Of a stretch of DNA of 42,069 nucleotides, positions 19,533 to 28,983 are shown piece by piece. The notes under the pieces are model-generated. The model was given only the letters and a program-made list of their open reading frames with translations, ran no database searches and was not told the DNA's origin. A program made the translations under genes and the position numbers. Origin of the DNA: Verrucomicrobiota bacterium (GTDB taxonomy: Bacteria; Verrucomicrobiota; Verrucomicrobiia; Limisphaerales; AAA164-E04); contig JBDQII010000002.1 of the NCBI GenBank assembly GCA_040264395.1, positions 1-42,069 on the forward strand. The letters are read 5' to 3'. How positions within the stretch are numbered: position 1 is the first letter of the stretch; each line of letters starts with the position of its first letter.

Positions 19533-20198
19533 TTAAAGTGCCTTGATGCGTAGATTACGCCAGCGAACTTCGAAAGGGCCGCGATTACCCACTCCGTGGA
19601 CCTGAAGACCGATGATGCCTTCTGGATGCGTCTTGTAGATTTCCTCATCGAATAGTCTGGTGATTTTTTCGCCGTTGATCCAAGTCTCTATCACGGGGCC
19701 TTTGGCTACGATTCGGTAGTGGTTCCATTCGCCGTCCTTGTAGTGTTTGTGCGGCTTGAGATCTATCTTGGGTGTGCGCCATCCTCCGGCGGCTTCTCCA
19801 TAGATGTAGCCGGATTCAGCACCTTTTGAGCCACTGTGTTCAATCTCGACCTGCGGGCCGTTCACGCGCCCGCCAAACTCCGTTCCCTTCAGCTTTGAGC
19901 GGATCTGGCAGCCAGAGTTTAAATCGGCGTCGCAGTTCACTTCGAACTCAAGTTCGAAATCGCTGTAGAGATTTTTCGTGCAAAGAAAGGTGTTCGGACT
20001 GCCTTTTTCGGTTTTGCCGACGATCATGCCATCTTCGACACGGTAATCCGCTTTGCCGCTCTTGATTTCCCAGCCTGCGAGATCCTTGCCATTGAACAAA
20101 GATAACCAGTCGGTTTTTTTTGCGTCTTGAGTATTTCCAAGCACAATGCTGCCAAGCGCCATTCCAGCAATAAGCAGTTTCTGTAAGTTTTTTCTCAT
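19533..20198 (-). CDS. DUF1080 / 3-keto-disaccharide hydrolase family protein (concanavalin-like fold), secreted
   Basis: The track ORF extends to 20315, but the ATG at 20198 gives a clean signal peptide MRKNLQKLLIAGMALGSIVLG. This is followed by the family pattern DWLSLFNGKDLAGWEIKSGKADYRVEDGMIVG ... NTFLCTKNLYSDFELEFE ... NSGCQIRS ... GPQVEIE ... LQVHG ... VRWRNLRIK. Confidence 0.88.
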   Translation of the reverse strand: MRKNLQKLLIAGMALGSIVLGNTQDAKKTDWLSLFNGKDLAGWEIKSGKADYRVEDGMIVGKTEKGSPNTFLCTKNLYSDFELEFEVNCDADLNSGCQIRSKLKGTEFGGRVNGPQVEIEHSGSKGAESGYIYGEAAGGWRTPKIDLKPHKHYKDGEWNHYRIVAKGPVIETWINGEKITRLFDEEIYKTHPEGIIGLQVHGVGNRGPFEVRWRNLRIKAL

Positions 20199-20592
20199 AC
20201 TGTTTTTTGTAAAAAGCCTGTAATTATCCATGCATGCATCCCTCAGGAATGATGCTAAGCGAATAGTCGGCACAGGGCGTTCCATCGACAGGCTCAGGTG
20301 AAATCCACCCTGCACGGAGTCTGTTTTTTTATAGTTAAAGTGTAAGCATCCTTGTCTATCGTCATGTTGTCAAAGGTGCGAACGTTCGATTTATCAATCT
20401 TTTCCTTCGGGTCTCCATCAAGAAAATGCAAAGAATAGTTTTTAATTTCAATAAGGTTGTTGCGTAATTTATCGGACACTGCTGGCAAAAGTATGGCGTT
20501 GGCTTCGCATCGAGCTTCCATTCCGGTTCATGAAAAAAAGTGGTTTATACAGTAAGTTAACCTCGGTATCAGGTTCGAAAAGTATCACTTGC

Positions 20593-21708
20593 TCATATCT
20601 GTTTCCATTTCCCCTCAAGGGCAGAAAGATAGGCGGCATCAGTAAATTCTTGAGCGCGTAACCCGTCTTCCAGATTGGGGTATTGCCTGTCGCTCTTGCT
20701 TCCTTCGAGAATCGGCTTCAATGCAGGGAAGACATATGAACTGAATCGATTTTTAAAATCGAAAGATGGAGGTAATTCATGGCGCGTTTCCAGTTGATTA
20801 TTTGCTTTGGTCAGGATGACCTTTCCTGAATAGCGATCAGCACTCAGGGAAGCAATGGTTCCGTGCAGTTCCAGTTCGGGAGCAAGGAATTTTCGCACAT
20901 GGCTGGTATGTGATAGAACAAAAAGACCAGTTGATCGATTTGAAAACTCACAACTAATGGAAGCATAATCAAAATTTCCTCCCCGTTTGCGCGCTACTTC
21001 ATTTTCGCTGGCCGGTTGACTTTTTTCGATCGCTTCTCTGAGGTTGATAGCTCCCAGATCAGGTTTGTCAGGAGTCAATGTTTCACCATGCGCAAGGACC
21101 TTCGTGGCTTCTTCATTGATAATCCAGCGAACCACGTCATAGGCATGCGATCCGACGTCTGCAATGGTGCCTGCTGAAGAAATTTTGGGGTCGTCCCGCC
21201 AAGTTAATGGCATGTTATCAGGTCGTGGATTATGCCAGCGGAAAACCGTCGATCGTATTTCACCTAATTCTCCAGCATTGACGATTTCTCTGGCCAGCCT
21301 GAATACCTCCACATACCGCGTCCAGAATGGAACGAAATGTCCGAGTGGAGGCGTCGATTCACGATAGGCTTCCCACATTTCCCCTGCTTCTTCTGTATCC
21401 ATGCCAATTGGCTTTTCACAAAGCACATGCTTGCCCTCTTTTGCACAAGCGATGATGGCTTCGTGATGCAGCACATCGGGTGTAGCCACAACGACCATAT
21501 TGACATCCGGATGAGTGACAACCTCCCGCCAGTTGTGTGTGATGCAGGAAGCTCCATCTTTCTTTGCCGCCGCCTCCAGTAAATCCCTCCGTCGCGCGCA
21601 CAGTGCAATGATTCGAGCCATTTTACAGGCTTTGATTTCCTCGCGGTAAGGTGTTCCGATAAATCCTGTCGCCCCCAGGACACCGACCTTAAATATGGTT
21701 TCAGGCAT
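20593..21708 (-). CDS. Gfo/Idh/MocA family oxidoreductase
   Basis: 371 aa from ATG 21708 (track start 21711 is TTG). Rossmann start KVGVLGATGFIG, then VVATPDVLHHEAIIACAKEGKHVLCEKPIG (canonical EKP motif). Confidence 0.92.
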   Translation of the reverse strand: MPETIFKVGVLGATGFIGTPYREEIKACKMARIIALCARRRDLLEAAAKKDGASCITHNWREVVTHPDVNMVVVATPDVLHHEAIIACAKEGKHVLCEKPIGMDTEEAGEMWEAYRESTPPLGHFVPFWTRYVEVFRLAREIVNAGELGEIRSTVFRWHNPRPDNMPLTWRDDPKISSAGTIADVGSHAYDVVRWIINEEATKVLAHGETLTPDKPDLGAINLREAIEKSQPASENEVARKRGGNFDYASISCEFSNRSTGLFVLSHTSHVRKFLAPELELHGTIASLSADRYSGKVILTKANNQLETRHELPPSFDFKNRFSSYVFPALKPILEGSKSDRQYPNLEDGLRAQEFTDAAYLSALEGKWKQI

Positions 21709-21812
21709 CAAGAAACCATAAGAAAGTAAAGCATTTTAAGCAATTCTCTTGGGGCAGAAAGTGAGTTTCATTTTAACTGGCCACGCATGATTTCTTTGAT
21801 CAAACTTTTGAC

Positions 21813-23171
21813 ATGTCCAACCACATTTCCACAGAAGAATTATCTGATTCTTTATCTCGCCGGGCGCAAATTGGTGTTTCAGTGGCTGCTTTTTCAGCGT
21901 GGTTTTTCGGGGGTATGCAGATTTTGTTGACAAACCTTGGCATGCGGGCCGCCTCATTGGATTTAATGGGGCGCCAAGGCATGCTGGATTTTGGTTCCTT
22001 CACGGATCTGAATCGACGTGCTGGTGAACTTGTTGGAACGGAACTGGCACAGCTCAACGCATGGAATACCATGGCTTCTCAATGGTATGCCTGGTTCCAG
22101 TGTGCTTTCCTGTTCGGTGCCGCCGTTGGCGGTTATTTTTTTGGGAAACTTGGAGATCGTTATGGAAGAACTAAAATGCTGGGAATATCCATCCTTTGGT
22201 TTGCAGGTTTTACCGGTCTCGCCTGGTTTGCTCAAAGTCCTCATCAACTCCTTTTCCTCAGATTTCTCGCATGTCTGGGGATTGGAGGAGCCTGGCCAAA
22301 TGGTGTTGCACTTGTTTCCGAGGTGTGGCCCAACAAGTTTCGACCAGCATTGGCCAGCGCCATAGGCATGGCGGGTAATCTCGGGATTTTTGCCATGTCT
22401 TCCATGGCTGCCATCCATGCTGTCACCCCAGACTCCTGGCGTTGGGTGATGCTGGTCAATACGGTTCCATTCCTGCTTGGACTGGGTATTCTTTTGTTGC
22501 TTCCCGAATCACCCGCCTGGAAGAGGCAATCATCACAGCAAACTGGAGTGTCACCCAAATGTTCTCCCTCTGTTTTCAAGGGAGAACATTTGAGATGTGT
22601 TTTCATTGGAATCGGCTTAGCCACTATTCCGCTTATTGGAGGATGGGGTAGTGCCAATTGGATGATGCCATGGGCAGATGAAATCGGTTCTCAGATTGGG
22701 AAAGAGGATCTCAAAGCCCACATTGGGATGGCCCGTTCCCTGACGAGCATCCTTGGAAGTTTTTTTGCAGGGATGTTGGCGGTTTGGATGGGAAGGCGAC
22801 GCATGTATTTCCTCATTAGTCTCGGCGCTTTGCTCACTGCTCAATATGCATTTTGGATGACAGTTCCCGGCGATTTCAGCTTCCTGGTCGGTGTGGCTTT
22901 TCTGGGATTGTTCAACGGGTTTTATTTCGGCTGGCTACCGTTTTTTTTACCGGAACTTTTTCCTACCAGCATTCGTTCCACTGGAATCGGTGTCAGCTTC
23001 AATTTTGGTCGTATCCTGACCGCACTGACTATCTTTGCCACAGGAGCATTGATGACTGCTTTTGAAGGCGATTATGCTCGTATTGGGCGAATTACCAGTC
23101 TGATATTCCTTTTTGGCATGATTTTGGTATCGTTTGCACCAGACACGAGTCGACGAAATATGATGCACTAG
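21813..23171 (+). CDS. MFS transporter
   Basis: 452 aa with multiple hydrophobic spans. MFS loop 2-3 signature GKLGDRYGRTKML. Divergent from the Gfo gene across a 104-bp gap. Confidence 0.92.
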   Translation: MSNHISTEELSDSLSRRAQIGVSVAAFSAWFFGGMQILLTNLGMRAASLDLMGRQGMLDFGSFTDLNRRAGELVGTELAQLNAWNTMASQWYAWFQCAFLFGAAVGGYFFGKLGDRYGRTKMLGISILWFAGFTGLAWFAQSPHQLLFLRFLACLGIGGAWPNGVALVSEVWPNKFRPALASAIGMAGNLGIFAMSSMAAIHAVTPDSWRWVMLVNTVPFLLGLGILLLLPESPAWKRQSSQQTGVSPKCSPSVFKGEHLRCVFIGIGLATIPLIGGWGSANWMMPWADEIGSQIGKEDLKAHIGMARSLTSILGSFFAGMLAVWMGRRRMYFLISLGALLTAQYAFWMTVPGDFSFLVGVAFLGLFNGFYFGWLPFFLPELFPTSIRSTGIGVSFNFGRILTALTIFATGALMTAFEGDYARIGRITSLIFLFGMILVSFAPDTSRRNMMH

Positions 23172-23174
23172 CGA

Positions 23175-23945
23175 ATGATGTTCAACATTGAAATACAGCT
23201 GGAACCGAAGCGTAAATCCCTCTACGAAGAAGCGATACGCCGCCTTCGATCCATTTATGTGTGCAACGATGCTGATGCTGCCCCCGATGCACGAATCGTT
23301 GGGCCAGAGAATACGATTTCAAATCAGGGTGTTCCCTGCCTGATTGATCAACCGGAGAAGGTTGACAGCAATGCTTTAGCGTCTTTGATAAAATCAGGCA
23401 GTCACATAATGCCTGCGCACGCACTGCGATTTAGCTCCAGGGTCAAACCCATTGACGAAGCATTGCGTGCCGGCAAGTTGGGGAAACCTGGTTTGATGCG
23501 GCTTCACTCCTGGAAAAAAGAAGGTGTCCCGTTGAGGGAAACCATGTTTGGGCCAATGGATCTGGCTCGCTGGTTTTTCCAGGATGAACCCAGCATGCGC
23601 CAATGCGTGGAGACGAAGCATTCGCTCCTTTGCCATCTTCAATTCCCAAGCGACGGAATGGCTCTCATGAATGTTTCAAATCCTTTCGAAGGCGAAGTCC
23701 CTTACGAAAGTGTTCAATTGATTGGGGCGACCGGAGCTGCCTATGGAGATGATCATCACAATACCCACCTTCATTTCCGGAAAAACAGCGTTTCTGCACG
23801 TATGCACCATAATAACATCATGCATGGATTGATGGGGCTTGTTAGTGAGTTTGTCGATGGAATTTTAAACGACAGGGACTGGAATGTTTCTTTGAAAGAT
23901 ACCTTACGGATTCATGAGTTGCTGGAGGAGCTTGTTGATGGCTGA
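23175..23945 (+). CDS. Gfo/Idh/MocA-like protein lacking the N-terminal dinucleotide-binding half
   Basis: 256 aa, starting 3 nt after the MFS stop. Only the region VPCLIDQPEKVDSNALASLIKSGSHIMPAHALRFSSRVKPIDEALRAGKLGKPGLMRLHSW resembles the family (EKP position replaced by DQP, followed by the R-F ... G-x-L/I-G pattern). There is no GxGxxG segment. Confidence 0.6.
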   Translation: MMFNIEIQLEPKRKSLYEEAIRRLRSIYVCNDADAAPDARIVGPENTISNQGVPCLIDQPEKVDSNALASLIKSGSHIMPAHALRFSSRVKPIDEALRAGKLGKPGLMRLHSWKKEGVPLRETMFGPMDLARWFFQDEPSMRQCVETKHSLLCHLQFPSDGMALMNVSNPFEGEVPYESVQLIGATGAAYGDDHHNTHLHFRKNSVSARMHHNNIMHGLMGLVSEFVDGILNDRDWNVSLKDTLRIHELLEELVDG

Positions 23946-25047
23946 TTCTGAAAAAAAAACATATCGAGTGTTGGTCCTGAGTGTGGTCAAGCATGCTTAT
24001 CTTCCTGACGCAGTCGCTGCACATCCAAGATTTACATTGGTGGGGGTAGCGGATGATGCCCTTCGGCCCGATTGGACGCATGAACGTAACCAAAAATATG
24101 CTGATATGCATGCAATCCCTTACTGCAGGAATGTGGAGCAAGCTTTCAAAAATCTTGACTGTGACATCGCCGTCATCAGTCCTGAAGCTGAGCGTCATTG
24201 TGACCTGGCCATGCGTGCTGTCCGGGCTGGGCTGCACATCATCGTCGACAAACCTCTTTCGCCTGATGTGCAGGAGTGCAAGTCTCTATCTGAACTAATA
24301 AAACAAAGCGGACTCAAGGGGATGGTGTGGAATCGTAACTTCCTTCCCGCATTGATTGAAGCTCGGTTGGCTTTGAGCGAAGGTGCAATCGGAGATTTGT
24401 TGGCGATTCATTGTGATTTTTATTTTTCCAAAGATGCAGGACCTCCCAAAAAGACTGAAACGATAGGCAACCCTCCCATCGATTGGCTAGATCGCCAATT
24501 GGAAGCTCATGCCGATGGTTCTGACGGTGGTGTCGGTACTCAGCCCATGGGGGAACTGCAAATTGAAGGCATATACCCTCTGGCTTACATTAACTCCATA
24601 TGTTCATCGCCCTTCAAACGTGTTGTTGCCAGTACGGCGACTCATTTTCATCAGGCCAATGTTGATAACCAAGCTGATGATCTGGCCGCCCTGTCTTTTG
24701 TGTTGGAAAATGGAGTCATTGGTTCTCTCGCCATTGGTCGTATCGGGGCTGCCAGTCATCCTGATATTGGAGAAATCAAGCTGCACCTGATCGGGACCAA
24801 GGGTGCTTTGGTGGTGAGTGAGGCTCGGCCTGAGGTTGGTCTGCATTATAAAGACCAGCCAAAAAATGAATTCAAAAATATCAGGATTGATAATGATAAT
24901 GATTTTCTTCTCATGGATGCCTTTGCCGATGCCCTTGATTGTGGCACTGAATTGCCTCTTGATATTGAGACTGCCTGCAATATTGCGCGAATAATTGATG
25001 CTGCTCAAATATCAGCAAACGAGGGAAGGGAAGTTAAAATATCCTGA
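23938..25047 (+). CDS. Gfo/Idh/MocA-like oxidoreductase with a degenerate glycine-rich loop
   Basis: The ATG at 23938 overlaps the upstream stop by 8 nt (ATGGCTGA). N-terminus YRVLVLSVVKHAYLP sits where GxGxxG is expected. VISPEAERHCDLAMRAVRAGLHIIVDKPL is the family core with DKP in place of EKP. The track ORF starts earlier at 23914. Confidence 0.8.
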   Translation: MADSEKKTYRVLVLSVVKHAYLPDAVAAHPRFTLVGVADDALRPDWTHERNQKYADMHAIPYCRNVEQAFKNLDCDIAVISPEAERHCDLAMRAVRAGLHIIVDKPLSPDVQECKSLSELIKQSGLKGMVWNRNFLPALIEARLALSEGAIGDLLAIHCDFYFSKDAGPPKKTETIGNPPIDWLDRQLEAHADGSDGGVGTQPMGELQIEGIYPLAYINSICSSPFKRVVASTATHFHQANVDNQADDLAALSFVLENGVIGSLAIGRIGAASHPDIGEIKLHLIGTKGALVVSEARPEVGLHYKDQPKNEFKNIRIDNDNDFLLMDAFADALDCGTELPLDIETACNIARIIDAAQISANEGREVKIS

Positions 25048-25395
25048 TGACCGCTATTGGTCCCAGACTACATTCCATTCGGGCAATCCGTTTTTTGAAC
25101 TCTCATTGTATCCTTGAAAGCTGCTCTCACGGACGTGCCTTACCCATGATGCCATGGGTTTTCCTCAATGATCCTTATTCAAGATCGGCCGCCCTGTGCG
25201 ATCACTGCGATGGTTGATGGATCTGATGCGGGGATCGCAGTCCTTTACGTTTAATGTGCCAATACACTGGCTCAGATGCTAGAAACACTCCATTTGTGGT
25301 CACTCAAGCGGGGAAGGGTGGTGTCAACCTTCATGAGTTGAATGACAGAAATGCCACTGTTTGAATGTATGGGGTAAAAGGGCAATGGCTGCAGA

Positions 25396-25815
25396 TCAGT
25401 TTTCTGCTCGCATGGCTTCCTCAATGAGCAGGATAAGCTTTTTGAGCCCATTCATTTCGTAAGCGCCTCCGTCTATGTGAAACACCACTTTGTTTCCTGC
25501 GGAAAATAACTGTAGTGATACGATTTCTGCATTGACTGTGATTCGAAGTTCCCCAAGGACGGCCCAGTCGATTTCAGATCGATGCGGTGTGGATTTTTTG
25601 AGAAGATTAATTAGTCGCGAATGAAAGGAGGGCGGTAGTTTGAAGGCAGGGATATCCGCTCCTTTGTCCGCACGATTGTAAATTGTTGCCGTGATCGCAC
25701 TTGCTTCTTCAATTGGGATATGAATTCCTTTTTGAATGAAATGGAAGCAACCGCTGAGGCACAGGGGCAGCATCGCAAATCCTGCTGCCATCCATATTCG
25801 TACCTGCATTTTCAT
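25396..25815 (-). CDS. Hypothetical lipoprotein
   Basis: 139 aa with ATG at 25815. Signal peptide with canonical lipobox MKMQVRIWMAAGFAMLPLCLSGC. No recognisable domain. Confidence 0.55.
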   Translation of the reverse strand: MKMQVRIWMAAGFAMLPLCLSGCFHFIQKGIHIPIEEASAITATIYNRADKGADIPAFKLPPSFHSRLINLLKKSTPHRSEIDWAVLGELRITVNAEIVSLQLFSAGNKVVFHIDGGAYEMNGLKKLILLIEEAMRAEN

Positions 25816-26134
25816 AGACTATTGCTCCTTCAATCAATGACATTAAAAGTCCAAGTCTTCGAGCCCTTGACCGCTTTGCTTATCCGCACACAACGCAAGC
25901 CCGGCTGGTTGCCTCGAGCGTGGGAGATCTTGATGATCATTTCAGTCTGTCTGTTGCAGATCCCGTGACTCGTTGGTTTGCAGATGGTAGTCGAGTAAAC
26001 ACGTCAGGAGGATTATTTTCCTGGAACGATTTCAGCTTATTTCCCTGCTAACTTTCTCAAGGCAAATCAGCATGCGCCGATTGATCGTTCGCAAATTTTC
26101 TCAAGGGTTTAATTCTTTTTTTAGTGACGGACAA

Positions 26135-27607
26135 TCAACGATCCGGGTGCTTACCCCACTCATATCTTCTGCCGGGATCAAAGTCTGGATTGGGTGTTGG
26201 CATTTGAGCCTTGGTATTCGCCTGCCATTTTCTCAGCGCTTTTTTTAATGCGTCGAATTTCACTGGATAGCTAAATTTGAGATAGGTCATTTCATTGACA
26301 TCATATTTGAGATTATAAAGCTCGAAGTTGCCGTTCACCAGGTTTTCAACGATCTTCCAATCACCTTTTCGAAGAGCCGACATCGGCTGCTCGTGATGAT
26401 ACACTGGATAATGAGTGAAAATTTCGCGTTCGAGATCGGATTTGTTCTGGGTCAGGGCAGGGAGCATGGAGATTCCATCGAGTGTTTGCTGCCCGGGTTT
26501 GGTTCCCTGAACCAAGTCCAGAAAAGTTGGGAAAAAATCAACACTTGAAACAAGGGCGTTGGACGTGGAACCCGTACGAATCTCGTTTGGCCATCGAACG
26601 ATTAATGGTACTCGAATACCGCCTTCATAAAGAGTGCCTTTACCTGCTCGTAAAGGGGTGTTCGCAGTGGCAATGTATCTCAGTGGATGTCCGTCTGGAT
26701 ATACATTCCGACTATTGCCTCCCAGCAATGGAATGTTGTCGAATCGATTATCGACACCTCCATTGTCAGAGTAAAAAATGAACAGCGTTTCCTCCTCGAG
26801 GCCTTCTGCATCCAAAACCTCCATCAGTCTGCCCACACTTCGATCTACATGCTCGACCATCGCGGCGTAGACGGCATTGCAGGTATAATCTGGATCCCTT
26901 TTCTTTTCCATGTATTTGTCAATCAGATCGTGGTCAGCATCCAATTGCACGTGTACGTCATAGTGGGAAATAAAAAGGAAAAACGGTTCATCACGATGTG
27001 CCTTGATAAACTCCACACCCATTCTGGTCAGCGCGTCACTCAGGCGCTCCCCTTGCTGTGTTTTATATCCCGGTCTGAATTTCGGTTTGTAGAATCCGCC
27101 TCCTGCATAAACATGTGCTTCATCGTAACCACGAGCGTTGGGTGAATGCTCCTTACTGTTCCCCAGATGCCATTTTCCGAAATATCCAGTCTTGTAGCCG
27201 GCAGAATGCATCACATTTCCCAGTGTGGTGATGTGATTCGGCAGGAATTGTACTCGGTGCTTTGGCACGATCACCTCTTCATGAGGACGCCAGTGTCCTG
27301 GTATGAAATCGAAAATCCCCACTCTGGCTGGGTATTGGCCTGACTGAATGCTTGCTCGTGTAGCAGAACAAACGGGGGCTGCATATGCATTATGAAACAA
27401 CATCCCTTCTGTTGCCAGACGATCAATATTCGGCGCCTCATTAAATCGATTGCCATAAACAGGCAAATCCCTTCCGCCAAGATCATCAATCAGGATGAAT
27501 ACGACGTTGGGTTGATCCGTTTTGGCCTCTACATGGGTGGCTCTGCAGAGAAAGAGAGCTACAAGGGTGATCGCTGCAATCTGTCTGTTCATGAGATCTT
27601 TATACAT
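26135..27607 (-). CDS. Sulfatase (Cys-type)
   Basis: 490 aa with a signal peptide. Shows NVVFILIDDLGG, CSATRASIQSGQ (C-x-A-x-R variant of the FGly motif), GKWHLG and YSDNGG. Confidence 0.95.
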   Translation of the reverse strand: MYKDLMNRQIAAITLVALFLCRATHVEAKTDQPNVVFILIDDLGGRDLPVYGNRFNEAPNIDRLATEGMLFHNAYAAPVCSATRASIQSGQYPARVGIFDFIPGHWRPHEEVIVPKHRVQFLPNHITTLGNVMHSAGYKTGYFGKWHLGNSKEHSPNARGYDEAHVYAGGGFYKPKFRPGYKTQQGERLSDALTRMGVEFIKAHRDEPFFLFISHYDVHVQLDADHDLIDKYMEKKRDPDYTCNAVYAAMVEHVDRSVGRLMEVLDAEGLEEETLFIFYSDNGGVDNRFDNIPLLGGNSRNVYPDGHPLRYIATANTPLRAGKGTLYEGGIRVPLIVRWPNEIRTGSTSNALVSSVDFFPTFLDLVQGTKPGQQTLDGISMLPALTQNKSDLEREIFTHYPVYHHEQPMSALRKGDWKIVENLVNGNFELYNLKYDVNEMTYLKFSYPVKFDALKKALRKWQANTKAQMPTPNPDFDPGRRYEWGKHPDR

Positions 27608-27758
27608 ATGACGGGCAGGATTGGGAGTCGAAAAGTTGATGGTTTTCCAATTTACTGTAAATTTGCATGCATCAATAAGGGGAAATCATTCATGAATATG
27701 GGATTGAAATCCTTGCCACTGGAAGTGCCTCTTTGAGCGCATGTAAACCTCACGGATT

Positions 27759-28811
27759 TTATTGCGGCACTACAGTTTTTTCAGTCTTTAAAAATCTCAT
27801 TAGTTGATCCTCAGTGACTGTTCGCGTAGCTCCGTGACCTTCCTGATTCACTTTATAATGAACCACGTCCCCATTCAGGTAGCTGAAGATTTCAAGACCA
27901 CCAGTCTTGCTGCTTGGATGCGTCTTTTTTTCTCCCATGTAACCCATTTCCCTAGCCCAGAGGTATATTGATTCCTCGGCAGCAACGAACTTCAATTTAC
28001 CGTCATTGGCTGGGATAAATTTTGAAGGGCCACCATGGTAGGGGACTAGCTTGTCCTCGGTGCCTGAAATATTCATCAAACGTTTTCCTTTCATGGGTGT
28101 GGCCACTGCGTGGTATTGATTTTGATCACCCTTGGCTTTGAAATGTTTACCATCATACTGCCATGCATTCAGCTGGCTGACCCCTGTGATGTAGTTTCGA
28201 ATGTGAGGTAAACTGGTTTCGATTGCTATCTGGTTGACCAGAGCAGCTCCGTTTGAATTTCCCATGATGCTGAAGTCGTCGGGTGCCACGTTATTGAATG
28301 AAGCCAACGTCTGCACTATGGTTTCGATAAATCCACGGTCATCCGCCTTTGAACGCTCAGAAACTATGTTCCAGCTCTTCTGGTAGCCCTGGGCGAATAC
28401 CAGGATATAACGATTGACCATTTTTTCATGACGTTGCATGAACCCCTGCATTGAAGATTTTGCGTTCCCTCCATTACCATGCAGGAAAATGAACACAGGA
28501 AATCTCTTGTGTTTGTCTGGGGATTCCAAAGTTCGGGACTTGGGGACATTGACATGGTATGGGCGTCGATATTTTTTTTCCTGCGACCACGATTGGGTGA
28601 CAACATACTTGCCGGAGGTCAACATCTTCTGATGATTTTCAATGAAAGCTGGTCTCTCCTCTGGCGTCGGTTCTGCAACTGTGCTCCGCAAATTTTCAGA
28701 CAGGCGGGATGCTTGTCGCTGTGCAGCGAGTGATTCATTGCTGTTCTGTGCATTTGCCAATGCCAGAAGTGAAAACCATGTGATAAAGGGAATATATCTC
28801 AATCGATTCAT
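27759..28811 (-). CDS. Secreted alpha/beta hydrolase, PHB-depolymerase/feruloyl-esterase-like (LpqC-type) esterase
   Basis: 350 aa with signal peptide MNRLRYIPFITWFSLLALANA. Shows FPVFIFLHGNGGNAKS, ADDRGFIETIV and the nucleophile elbow MGNSNGAALV (G-x-S-x-G). Confidence 0.8.
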   Translation of the reverse strand: MNRLRYIPFITWFSLLALANAQNSNESLAAQRQASRLSENLRSTVAEPTPEERPAFIENHQKMLTSGKYVVTQSWSQEKKYRRPYHVNVPKSRTLESPDKHKRFPVFIFLHGNGGNAKSSMQGFMQRHEKMVNRYILVFAQGYQKSWNIVSERSKADDRGFIETIVQTLASFNNVAPDDFSIMGNSNGAALVNQIAIETSLPHIRNYITGVSQLNAWQYDGKHFKAKGDQNQYHAVATPMKGKRLMNISGTEDKLVPYHGGPSKFIPANDGKLKFVAAEESIYLWAREMGYMGEKKTHPSSKTGGLEIFSYLNGDVVHYKVNQEGHGATRTVTEDQLMRFLKTEKTVVPQ

Positions 28812-28962
28812 AAACTTTCTAAATCTGTAAGCTATGTTTCGCTGTCCGATCGGCAGTCAAACCCTCATAGCTCAGTCAACAAGGCGCTTGTTTGCTTGAT
28901 ACCCACAGGTTGGCCTGCAAGCCGGTCGACTCGTTGCCATACCATAGCCGTCTTCAGCGGAG

Positions 28963-28983
28963 GCGGCGTTTTGTTGACGCCGC
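28963..28983 (-). terminator. Hairpin abutting the carboxylesterase stop codon (terminator-like, no U tract)
   Basis: 7-bp stem GCGGCGT (28963-28969) / ACGCCGC (28977-28983) with a 7-nt loop, directly adjacent to the TGA at 28986-28984. No T-run follows on the minus strand, so its function as an intrinsic terminator is doubtful. Confidence 0.3.

Noticed and set aside
20294-20521. 75-aa ORF in the 394-bp AT-rich spacer between the Gfo gene and the DUF1080 gene
   Set aside because: It has no signal peptide, no recognisable motif and no Shine-Dalgarno-like element. It could be a real small gene, but I cannot support that from sequence alone.
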